Positions 10,668-19,397 of a stretch of 64,000 nucleotides of DNA are shown here, one piece after another. The notes below the pieces were generated by a model, which saw nothing but the letters and a program-made list of their open reading frames with translations, searched no databases and was not told where the DNA came from. The stretch lies in assembly GCA_963733035.1 (NCBI GenBank), contig CAVTBU010000001.1, forward strand, positions 17,124 through 81,123, written 5' to 3'. This DNA is from Pirellulales bacterium (lineage in GTDB: Bacteria; Planctomycetota; Planctomycetia; Pirellulales; PALSA-1355). A program made the translations under genes and the position numbers. How positions within the stretch are numbered: the stretch's first letter is position 1; each line of letters opens with the position of its first letter.

Positions 10668-11174
10668 ATGCCAGTCAATCGCTTTGACAGAACCGCCTCC
10701 GGCGACGATGCGGATCCCGAGGAAACCGACAAGGGATTCGATCGCGGTGGGCCCGAGGCGGTCCACCGCCTGCAAGCCCAGCTCGAAGAATTGGGTGAGC
10801 ATGCGCGGATGTATGTCCAGGCCAGGAAGGACGCGATGTTGGCCACGTCCCGCAAACTCGTCTTGTGGGCTCTGGCCGGCATCATTGGTTTTGCGGTTCT
10901 CTGCACCATGCTGATCACAGCGACCGTACTCGGCATGACCGGATTGGCACAAGTCATCGGCGTCGGTCTGGGAGACCGGGCCTGGGCTGGAAATTTGATT
11001 GCCGGCTTTGGCCTGCTTCTGCTGGTCGCGGTCGGACTGGTCGTGTCTATCCGTCTGGTTCAAAGCCGCTTCCACAAACAAACGGTGAAGAAGTATGCCC
11101 AGCGACACCAGGCACAACGGTCACGCTTCGGACACGACGTCGGCCAAGCCGGCAGCGAAGCTGAGCGAAACTGA
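10668..11174 (+). CDS. YqjE/holin-X-like two-TM membrane protein
   Basis: Two TM helices; lies directly downstream of the DUF883 gene. Confidence 0.7.
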   Translation: MPVNRFDRTASGDDADPEETDKGFDRGGPEAVHRLQAQLEELGEHARMYVQARKDAMLATSRKLVLWALAGIIGFAVLCTMLITATVLGMTGLAQVIGVGLGDRAWAGNLIAGFGLLLLVAVGLVVSIRLVQSRFHKQTVKKYAQRHQAQRSRFGHDVGQAGSEAERN

Positions 11175-11667
11175 ATACCTCGCGCGCGAAGCCGACGACG
11201 CCCGCGGCGCCATCTCCGAGACGATCGGCAACATGCGCACGTCGCTCGTCGAGGCGGCCGATGTGCGGGCGTGGGCGCGCAAGTATCCCTGGGCAACACT
11301 CGGTGCCGCCACGGCAGCCGGTTTTCTGGCTGCCGCGGCTCTGAAGCCACGGCGAACGACTGCAGAAGAAGAGGACGAGCCGGCATTGCTCGAGCGGATC
11401 CTCGCCGACGAGCAGATCGCCGAGCGGATTAAGAAACTGGCCGAGGAAGACGAGAAGGGTGCCCGCAAGCGTTCCAGCATGCTGCGGTCCGTGGCCTCCA
11501 CGCTGCTCGATACCTTTGGACCGGCAATCCAGCAGTCGATCGCCACGGCTCTGGCCGCCCGAGCCGCAACGCCCGAACCGGAAGAAGTTGCCGAGGCCGC
11601 CGAACAAGCAGACGGCGAAACAAGCGGCGCGGATGAGCCCCCGCCTACGGGACACGCCGGGAGTTAA
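11095..11667 (+). CDS. DUF3618/YqjK-like protein
   Basis: Coiled N-terminus (LAREADDARGAISETI), WARKYPWATLGAATAAGFL segment; third gene of the cluster. Confidence 0.65.
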   Translation: MPSDTRHNGHASDTTSAKPAAKLSETEYLAREADDARGAISETIGNMRTSLVEAADVRAWARKYPWATLGAATAAGFLAAAALKPRRTTAEEEDEPALLERILADEQIAERIKKLAEEDEKGARKRSSMLRSVASTLLDTFGPAIQQSIATALAARAATPEPEEVAEAAEQADGETSGADEPPPTGHAGS

Positions 11668-11927
11668 CCTCCGCCAATCGCCGGCAGGAAGTGCACCTCG
11701 CCATCGGCGGGCACCGGCGACCGTAGGCCGCGCGAAGCAATCGCGCCGTCAATCGAAACCGCCAAGCCCGAGGCAATTGCCTCCCCGTCGCAAAGTCGCT
11801 CGCGGATCCCCGGGAATTGCCGTTCCAGGCCGTTGGCAATTTCGCGAAGCGTGGCTCCGCTGAGTTGCAACTGATCCACCTCGCCCGTCAGGTCTCGCCA
11901 TTGCGTAGGAATGAAGACGGTTGCCAT
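11664..11927 (-). CDS. MoaD/ThiS-family sulfur carrier
   Basis: 87 aa with beta-grasp pattern and C-terminal FLPAIGGG. Confidence 0.9.
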   Translation of the reverse strand: MATVFIPTQWRDLTGEVDQLQLSGATLREIANGLERQFPGIRERLCDGEAIASGLAVSIDGAIASRGLRSPVPADGEVHFLPAIGGG

Positions 11928-11948
11928 GGGCCTGCCAGTCCGCGCACT

Positions 11949-14216
11949 TCAGAGATCGCTCTTGGTGGCCATCGCGGCCCACAACCTGGGCGGCGACATG
12001 GGCAACTCCGTCATCCGCACGCCGGTGGCGGCGAAGATCGCATTGGCGACGGCCGCCGGCGGGGCGATGATCGGCGTTTCGCCCACTCCCCGCACTCCGT
12101 AGGGATGATCGGGATTGGGCACTTCGACAATGATCGTTTCGATGTTTGGCACGTCGAGCGTCGTCGGCATGCGGTAATCGAGATAGCTCGCATTTTGCAT
12201 GTGCCCTTGGCCATCGAACACATACTCTTCGTTCAAGGCCCAACCGATGCCCTGCACGGCGCCGCCTTGCATCTGGCCTTCGACATAGCTGGGGTGGATT
12301 GCTTTGCCGGCATCCTGAATGGCCGTGTAGCGCAGGATGGTCACCTTGGCCGTATCCGGATCGACTTCCACGTCGACAATGTGCGTGCCAAAGCCGTTGG
12401 TGGGTCCCTCGGGATTGACCGTCGCCCGGCCGACGACCGGTCCGCCGGTATGGCCTAGTTGACCGGCCAATTGAGCGAAGGTCATCGACTTGTCGTTGTG
12501 CCGAAAAACCCCGTCCTCGCACTCGACCAGCGAGGCGTCGCACTCCCAGAGAATTGCTGCCCGCTCGCGCATTTGCCGCAGGATGTCGAGCCCTACCTCA
12601 TAAGCCGCCAGCCCGGTGGCAAATGTAACGCGGCTTCCGCCGGTCACGTCGGTGTAGCCGACGCTATCGGTATCTCCCACGTGCGGCTGCACGGCCTCGG
12701 CCGTAATGCCCAGGGTCTCGGCCAACTGCATCGCGACACTGGTGCGCGTGCCGCCAATGTCGGTCGAACCTTCGATCAAGCTCACGGTGCCGTCCGAGTT
12801 GACGTTGGCCGCCGCGCTGCTCTTGAGCCCGATGTTAAACCAATAACCGCTGGCGATGCCGCGGCCGCAATGCTTGCCCGTGAGTTTTGATTTCCAATGC
12901 GGGCTGTGCTTGGCGGCTTCCAGAGTCTCGACCAGGCCAACGCGGGGGTACACAGGACCATCGACGCGTCGCGTCCCTTCCTTGGCGGCATTGCGGAGGC
13001 GAAACTCGATCGGATCGAGACCGAGCTTGCGGGCCAATTCATCGATGACCGACTCGCAAGCGAACGCGGCCTGCGTGGCACCGGGGGCCCGGTAGGCTTG
13101 CGTTTTGGGCTTGTTGTCGAGCACGTCGTAGCCGTCGACGCGGGCATGCGGCAAATCGTAACAACTAAACACGCACATCGCCCCCGGCCCAATCACGCCG
13201 CCGGGGAACGCACCTGCGTCGTAAGCCAACCAGGCTTCGCCAGCCACGAGCTTGCCGTCCTTCGTTGCGCCGAGCTTAACCCGCATGAACGATCCCGGCG
13301 TGGGACCCGTGCCTTCGAACACTTCGTCGCGATTCATCACCATCTTCACGGGTCGACCGCACTTGCGGCTAAGCATTGCCGCCACGGGTTCGAGATAGAC
13401 GGAAATCTTTCCGCCGAAGCCTCCGCCGATTTCGCAGGGCACGACCGTTACTTGAGAAACGGGAATCTGCAGCAATTCGGCCGTCTGTTGCCGGGCCGTG
13501 AATGAACCTTGGGTTGCTGTCCAGATCGTCACGTGGCCGTCCTGATTCCACAGCGCGGTCGAAACATGCGGTTCGATGTAGCCCTGGTGCACGCTCGCCG
13601 TCTTGAACTCGCGCTCGATGACGACGTCGGCGGACTTAAAACCGTCTTCCACGTTTCCCTTTTCAAACCGCAGGTGGGTCGAGACGTTGCTGGGCTTCTC
13701 GGACTTTTTTCCCATGCTCTTGGTGTGGACATCGTCGTGCAGGAGCGGCGCGTCGTCTTTCATCGCGTCGAGCACCCACGTGACCGACGGCAACTCTTCA
13801 TATTCGACCTTGATCCGTTTAACTGCCGCCTCGGCGATGTTGCCACTCGTGGCTGCCACGGCCGCGACGGCATGTCCCTTGTACAGCACCTTGCCGTGTG
13901 CCAGCACGTTGGCACCCAAGTGCGCCAGGTTGACCGAGCCTTCTCCCAGGTCGGCAATCTTGTCCTTCAGGTCCGGCATGTCCTTCGCGGTCACCACGGC
14001 CAGCACGCCGGGAAACGTCTCAGCTTCCGAGGTATCGATCGACTTGATGCGTGCGTGAGCGTGCGGACTGCGCAAGATTTTGCCGTGCACCGTTCCTGAC
14101 AGGCGCATGTCGGCCCCATAGATCGCTCGGCCGGTGACCTTGTCGGCGCCGTCGTGCCGCACGGGGCGCGTGCCGATTACTTTGTACTGCTTCTTGCCCG
14201 CTTTCGACGACGTCAT
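11949..14216 (-). CDS. Xanthine dehydrogenase-family molybdopterin-binding (large) subunit
   Basis: Motifs DGADKVTGRAIY, RSPHAHARI, GGGFGGK, AYRAPG, VEGQMQGG and GVRGVGE. Confidence 0.95.
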   Translation of the reverse strand: MTSSKAGKKQYKVIGTRPVRHDGADKVTGRAIYGADMRLSGTVHGKILRSPHAHARIKSIDTSEAETFPGVLAVVTAKDMPDLKDKIADLGEGSVNLAHLGANVLAHGKVLYKGHAVAAVAATSGNIAEAAVKRIKVEYEELPSVTWVLDAMKDDAPLLHDDVHTKSMGKKSEKPSNVSTHLRFEKGNVEDGFKSADVVIEREFKTASVHQGYIEPHVSTALWNQDGHVTIWTATQGSFTARQQTAELLQIPVSQVTVVPCEIGGGFGGKISVYLEPVAAMLSRKCGRPVKMVMNRDEVFEGTGPTPGSFMRVKLGATKDGKLVAGEAWLAYDAGAFPGGVIGPGAMCVFSCYDLPHARVDGYDVLDNKPKTQAYRAPGATQAAFACESVIDELARKLGLDPIEFRLRNAAKEGTRRVDGPVYPRVGLVETLEAAKHSPHWKSKLTGKHCGRGIASGYWFNIGLKSSAAANVNSDGTVSLIEGSTDIGGTRTSVAMQLAETLGITAEAVQPHVGDTDSVGYTDVTGGSRVTFATGLAAYEVGLDILRQMRERAAILWECDASLVECEDGVFRHNDKSMTFAQLAGQLGHTGGPVVGRATVNPEGPTNGFGTHIVDVEVDPDTAKVTILRYTAIQDAGKAIHPSYVEGQMQGGAVQGIGWALNEEYVFDGQGHMQNASYLDYRMPTTLDVPNIETIIVEVPNPDHPYGVRGVGETPIIAPPAAVANAIFAATGVRMTELPMSPPRLWAAMATKSDL

Positions 14217-14250
14217 GGCCTACGCTCCTGCAAATTGAAATCAATTGGTG

Positions 14251-14739
14251 CTAGTTCCCTGCCTCGGCCGACATCCGGGCCGCCGAATCCTTCACGGCCC
14301 TGACGATCTTGTCGTAGCCCGTGCAGCGGCACAGGTTTCCCGCCAGCTGGAAACGAATCTCGTTCTCGGTAGGGCTTGGGTTGCGGTCGAGCAGCGCCTT
14401 GGTCGACATGATGAAACCGGGCGTGCAAATACCGCATTGCAGCGCGGCGTCTTCCAAGAAGCATTGCTGGATCGGGTGCAGACGCGCGTCTTCGGCAAGC
14501 CCTTCGATCGTGGTGATTTCGGCTCCGTCGACTTCCACGGCCAGCACCAGGCAGCTATCCACTGGCTGACCGTCGAGCATGACGGTGCACGCGCCGCAGT
14601 TGCCGTTGTTGCATCCTTCCTTGGTTCCGGTCAACCCGAGCGTATCGCGCAAAACTTCGAGCAGACTCTGCCGCGCCTCGCACAAGAATTCGACCGTTTC
14701 GCCGTTGATCGTTGTTGCGACGTGTGTTTTGCGAACCAC
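14251..14739 (-). CDS. (2Fe-2S)-binding small subunit (CoxS/CutS-like)
   Basis: Motifs GTKEGCNNGNCGACTV, QCGICTPG and GNLCRCTGY. Confidence 0.95.
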   Translation of the reverse strand: MVRKTHVATTINGETVEFLCEARQSLLEVLRDTLGLTGTKEGCNNGNCGACTVMLDGQPVDSCLVLAVEVDGAEITTIEGLAEDARLHPIQQCFLEDAALQCGICTPGFIMSTKALLDRNPSPTENEIRFQLAGNLCRCTGYDKIVRAVKDSAARMSAEAGN

Positions 14740-14798
14740 GTGAGATCCTTTGCTAAGGGAAACGGTGAAATGTCAGTTAAATCGCGGCCGAACCGCAA

Positions 14799-15689
14799 CT
14801 AGTGACCCGCGGTTTTGTGGCCCTGGGCTCGATCCAAGGCAAGGGCCAGCGTGCGCTCGGTGAGCACACCGGCCAGATGCTTACGGTACTCGGTGGTGCC
14901 GCGTTTGTCGCTGATCGGTCGGGCTGCGTCGCGGGCCATCGCGCCAGCCTGGGCAAAGCTTTCGTGAGTTGCCCCCTTACCGGCCAGCCAGGCCGACGCT
15001 TCGGCCAGGAACAGTGGCGTGGGAGCCACCGCCGCCAATGAGATGCGGGCCGCCTGGATGTTCTTGCCAGACGAATCAAGTTGCAGCCAACTCGCCGCGC
15101 CCACCACGGCAATGTCCATTTCGTTGCGCGGAATGAACCGCTGGTAGGCAGACGAGCTGCCTTTGGCGACGGGTGGAAATTCGAGCGCCGTCAGGATTTC
15201 GCCCCGCTCGAGGACGTTGCGTCCAGGCGCCGTGCAAAACTCCGCGGCCTTAACCGTGCGGCGCCCTTCGGGTCCGGCCAGATGGCATATCACGTCGTAA
15301 GCGATCAGCGATGGGATCGAATCCGCCGCGGGTGACGAATTGCATAGATTGCCGCCGACGCTCGCCCGACTCTGGATCTGCCAGCCGCCAATGATTCGAG
15401 CCGCGTCGATCAGAGCCGGGTAAGCCTCGGCCAACGTGTGGTCGCCGTAGATCCGATAGCAGGGAACCGCCGCGCCCAGCCGCAATCCCTTCGCCGGACT
15501 GTAGCTGACTTCCATCAACTCAGGAATCTTCTTGACGTCAACAACCAGGTCGGCCTCACGCAGTCCCTCGCGGAGCTGCACGATCAGATCGGTACCGCCC
15601 GTAAGCACCTTGGCTCGATCGCCTTTGGCCGATAGCAGGCTGACGGCCTCATCGACAGTCGTAGCCGTCTGAAATTCAAAATCGTTCAC
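14799..15689 (-). CDS. FAD-binding medium subunit (CoxM/CutM-like)
   Basis: Motifs GGTDL, QIQSRASVGGNLCNSSPAADS and PISDKRGTTEYR; GTG start at 15689. Confidence 0.93.
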   Translation of the reverse strand: MNDFEFQTATTVDEAVSLLSAKGDRAKVLTGGTDLIVQLREGLREADLVVDVKKIPELMEVSYSPAKGLRLGAAVPCYRIYGDHTLAEAYPALIDAARIIGGWQIQSRASVGGNLCNSSPAADSIPSLIAYDVICHLAGPEGRRTVKAAEFCTAPGRNVLERGEILTALEFPPVAKGSSSAYQRFIPRNEMDIAVVGAASWLQLDSSGKNIQAARISLAAVAPTPLFLAEASAWLAGKGATHESFAQAGAMARDAARPISDKRGTTEYRKHLAGVLTERTLALALDRAQGHKTAGH

Positions 15690-15804
15690 GAAACAATCCC
15701 CGCCAGGGCCCCAGGTCGGAACAGGCAATAGCAATCAATATGTGGCCCGGCGCGTGCGACTGTCAAGCGCGGGCGGAAAGTGCAAAGGCCTGCGAGCTGC
15801 GGCC

Positions 15805-18800
15805 TCACTTGCCTGCTTCAGCCAATGGGCTGGGACGGCGCACGTGAATCGTCACCGGTGGCGAGCATTGGCCGCCGGCCTGCTGTTCGACGGCGAAGCA
15901 CAAGCGGGTCGTCTCCGGCACCCAGGCGTCGGCCGTGAGAAAGATTTGGCGTTCGTTCTCGCCCTTGGGCATTAGCACCCCGCTCAGGCCGATGTTGTCG
16001 ACGATCACTCCGTGCGGCAAGTTCTGCACCTCAAACTTGATCAGGTCGTCATATCCGTTGCGCTCCACGCGCAGGGTAGCCGTGATCGACGTGCCGGGCG
16101 CGATCACCAGTTCGGCCGGCTCGAGCCGCACCATGAGCTTCGGCTTGGCCTCGAGTTTGAGGCCCGCAAAGGCCTGCACCGGCTTGACGACCTCGGTCCC
16201 GGCGATTTTCGCCTTGGCCTCGACCTGGATCTGTTTGAGCTGCTCGGTCGTGGGCTGCTTCGCATCGGCTTCGGCAAACAGCACACCCTGCGCCTCGCGG
16301 TGGCCTGCTTGAATGACGATCGGCGAAGAAACGCGAAATCCTGCCGGCAGATTCGTGATGGTGACTTCCACCTCATCGTTAAAGCCGTCGATCCGATCGA
16401 CCACGACGGCGAACTCGTCGCCGCTGTCTGCGCCCGGCCGGTCTCCGCCTCGCAACGTGACGTTGAAGTCAGGGCGCGGCTCGCGAATGGTCAGGCGATA
16501 ACCAAATCGCACGCCGCCGTCACCGCGGGCGTCGCGCACTCGCACGAGGTAAGTGCCATCGGCCGGCGCGGTGAACGCTAACCGCGAGTCGCTTCCCAAT
16601 CGGCGGTCGGCGTCGTCGTCATTCGCATAGTAGACCGGAAACACCGGTAGTCCCGTCGAAATCAGCTTCGCGCCCGGTGCGTGAGGCTCCACGATAAAGC
16701 ACGGTTCGTCAACGGCGTGCACCGTGGCACTCGTATCGAAGTACAACAGCCGCTTGCCACCGTCTCCTTCGTAGAACATGAATCCGGAGTCAGGGCCGCG
16801 CAGAGCGCGAAACAGCTTGACGACCTCGCCGTTCAGATACAGCCACTGATTGAGCTGCATCTCCTCCCAGTTCGTCAGCCGGCAGTCACGCGTATTTCCG
16901 TCGATGCCGCGGAACGTCACCGTCGAATCGCGCACGGCCTGCAACAACACCCGCTCGATTTGTCGCCCCTCGGCATCGAGCACTTCGATCACGGTATCCA
17001 CCGGCGAGCCGCGGCGGGCCGCATCGGTTTCCAAAATCCAAGTTTTGCCGGCTTTGCTCTCGAAGCGATAGTAATCGTCGTCCGGAGATTCGCCCTTCGA
17101 AAAAACGCGGCCGTTCGCAGTGATCGGAACCGCTACCGCTGTCGCACTGGCCGGTGCGTCGTTCGGCTCGGTTTCCAATATCTCGGGCAACGTGCCGACG
17201 ACGACCTTGAGCGGCTGGCGCAGTCGAAAACGCTCGCGATCGAGCGGAACCTCGACGTCGCCTTGCGCCGCGGCCGGCACCTGCACTTTCCAGTTCGAAA
17301 CGTTGAACCCACTGACGGTGACTTCCGTCTCCTTGTTCGCCGGAACACTCAGCGGGAACACGGCGGTCGGCACGGCCAACTCGCCGACCGTCAGGCGATA
17401 AAAGTGTTCGCCGCCACCATCGAGCATCAGGTCGCTCACTTCGACCACGTACTTGCCGTCGGCCGGAACCTTGAACGAGAGGAGCGGGTCGCTGGAACCG
17501 CCAAAGTCGTTGTTGTCGGCCAGCACGCGCCCCGTCGCGTCGGAAAGGGTCACGACGATGTTCGCCTTGGAACCAATCGGAGAGGCCGTAACGTCGAGCA
17601 CGAGGTTCTGGCCAGCTTGGGCATCGAATGCAAAGCGATCAATGTCCCCTTTGGCTGCCAGCACGCCCCAGACGCCGGACTCCAGCGGCATCGCGTTCGC
17701 ATTGGCCAACAAATCGTTCGGTTCAGTCTCGATCGCCTGGGGCAGTTCGTCCAGATAAATGCGATGTTTCTGACTCTCGCCGGCGGGCGAGACCACCCAC
17801 AGCTCATAACGACCGCGCGGCAAGTCCACCGCCGGCGTAACGTCGACCTGCAGCTGCGTCTCCGTTTTGTCGCCCACCAGGACGGTAGCAATCTTGTCGT
17901 GGCTTGCCTTGATCGACGTGGCGTCGGCGAAGTGTTTGCCCGCGAGCGTCAGCCGCGTGGTCGTGCCTTTCTGAATTCCGCGGACGCCAAGCGATGCGAG
18001 TTCCGGCTTTGGTGGCGGCGGAGGGGGCACCAGGTCTCCACTGGCCACGTCGTAGAATGCCAGGCTGCCGTCGAGCCGGCCCACGGCGATGCGCTTGCCG
18101 TCAGGACTGATCGCCAGCGCCGGCGCCCAGTCGCTTTGCGGTTCGAGCGCCAACCGCTCGTGCATCGTCTCGGCATCCCATATTTTTACGGTCCGGTCCT
18201 CACCAGCCGAGACGATCGTCTTGCCGTCGGACGAGTAAACCAGATTCACCACCGCCCCCTCGTGCGCAAATCGAGCGTAGACAAGTGGGCTCGTGTTCTC
18301 CTTACCGGTTTCGCTTACCTGCCATACACGAATGCGATTGTCGGCGCCGCCAGCGGCCACGCGTTTGCCGTCTGGGCCGAACGCCAGGCAGTATTGTTCC
18401 TTGGTTGGCTGGCTAAGTGTGTCGAGCCGCTGGCCAGTGGCCACGTCCCACAGCTTGACCGTGCGATCGCCACTGGCACTGGCCAGAATCTTTCCGTCGG
18501 GCCGAAAGGCCAGATCGAACACCGCATCGTTGTGTCCGGTGAGCGTACGCAATTCCTTTTCGCCGGCCACGTCCCATAGCTTGATCGTTTGGTCGTAACT
18601 GCTCGTGGCCAGCAACTTGCCGTCGGGACTGAGAACCGCGGCATAGAGACTGTCGGCATGACCCTGGAACGTGCCGGCCGGCTGGCCATCGGCGACGTTC
18701 CATATTCGCACTTCGCCGAAGACGCCCGGCTCGCCGGCCGCGGCCAGGACGCGCGCGCCATCAGGTGAAAACTGCACGGCGTTGACGCGTCCGCGATGCG

Positions 18801-19362
18801 GACCCAAGCGCCGCACGAGCGAACGTTCGGGAAGCGAGAGAATTTCGACTGCGTCGAACCGCGCCACGGCCAGCGACTTGCCATCCGGCGCGAAGGCCAG
18901 CGCTGAAACCGCTTCGTGGACCGGAGCCGTCGGCTTGATCTTGGGCACCACGACGACGGTCGGGTCGGGCGTTTCGCCGAGCGGCTCCTTCGCACCGGCA
19001 TTGATCCAGGCGGCCAGCTTCGCGATTTCGTCGGCCGTTGGCCTGGCGTTGTCTTCCGGCGGCATCGACGGTTCTTCCTTGCCGGTAAGAACGCCGATCA
19101 GCCGGCTTTCGTCGGCCTTGCCCGGCACGATCAGCGGCCCGCTCGGCCCTCCGGCGAACAGGTTGGCATAGCTCTCCAGCACGAGCTCGCCTTCCTTGTC
19201 CTGGGCATTGTGACAGCCGGCGCAGTATTTCTTGAACAGCGGTGCGGCGCTGCGGTTGTAGTCCTGCGTGGCAGGAACGTCAGCCCACGCCGGCACGGTC
19301 GCCAGCGTGCAGACGATTCCGATCAGAAGTTGGCACCACTTGCACATCACACTTGTCTCCAT
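15805..19362 (-). CDS. Secreted planctomycete cytochrome c + WD40 repeat + PPC/Ig-like domain protein
   Basis: Signal peptide; CAGCH...MPP...WINAGA cytochrome domain; WD40 repeats (GH...FSPDG...WD); two ETEPND-led PPC modules. Confidence 0.9.
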   Translation of the reverse strand: METSVMCKWCQLLIGIVCTLATVPAWADVPATQDYNRSAAPLFKKYCAGCHNAQDKEGELVLESYANLFAGGPSGPLIVPGKADESRLIGVLTGKEEPSMPPEDNARPTADEIAKLAAWINAGAKEPLGETPDPTVVVVPKIKPTAPVHEAVSALAFAPDGKSLAVARFDAVEILSLPERSLVRRLGPHRGRVNAVQFSPDGARVLAAAGEPGVFGEVRIWNVADGQPAGTFQGHADSLYAAVLSPDGKLLATSSYDQTIKLWDVAGEKELRTLTGHNDAVFDLAFRPDGKILASASGDRTVKLWDVATGQRLDTLSQPTKEQYCLAFGPDGKRVAAGGADNRIRVWQVSETGKENTSPLVYARFAHEGAVVNLVYSSDGKTIVSAGEDRTVKIWDAETMHERLALEPQSDWAPALAISPDGKRIAVGRLDGSLAFYDVASGDLVPPPPPPKPELASLGVRGIQKGTTTRLTLAGKHFADATSIKASHDKIATVLVGDKTETQLQVDVTPAVDLPRGRYELWVVSPAGESQKHRIYLDELPQAIETEPNDLLANANAMPLESGVWGVLAAKGDIDRFAFDAQAGQNLVLDVTASPIGSKANIVVTLSDATGRVLADNNDFGGSSDPLLSFKVPADGKYVVEVSDLMLDGGGEHFYRLTVGELAVPTAVFPLSVPANKETEVTVSGFNVSNWKVQVPAAAQGDVEVPLDRERFRLRQPLKVVVGTLPEILETEPNDAPASATAVAVPITANGRVFSKGESPDDDYYRFESKAGKTWILETDAARRGSPVDTVIEVLDAEGRQIERVLLQAVRDSTVTFRGIDGNTRDCRLTNWEEMQLNQWLYLNGEVVKLFRALRGPDSGFMFYEGDGGKRLLYFDTSATVHAVDEPCFIVEPHAPGAKLISTGLPVFPVYYANDDDADRRLGSDSRLAFTAPADGTYLVRVRDARGDGGVRFGYRLTIREPRPDFNVTLRGGDRPGADSGDEFAVVVDRIDGFNDEVEVTITNLPAGFRVSSPIVIQAGHREAQGVLFAEADAKQPTTEQLKQIQVEAKAKIAGTEVVKPVQAFAGLKLEAKPKLMVRLEPAELVIAPGTSITATLRVERNGYDDLIKFEVQNLPHGVIVDNIGLSGVLMPKGENERQIFLTADAWVPETTRLCFAVEQQAGGQCSPPVTIHVRRPSPLAEAGK

Positions 19363-19397
19363 CGGGCAAGCCGCTGTCGTACGGCACGCCCGTCCGC

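Noticed and set aside
10668..11174. Prophage holin
   Set aside because: The holin-X-like family in a YqjD/E/K context is a host gene; no phage genes nearby.
11949..14216. Aerobic CO dehydrogenase (coxL) call
   Set aside because: Lacks the AYxCSFR loop and accessory coxDEFG genes.
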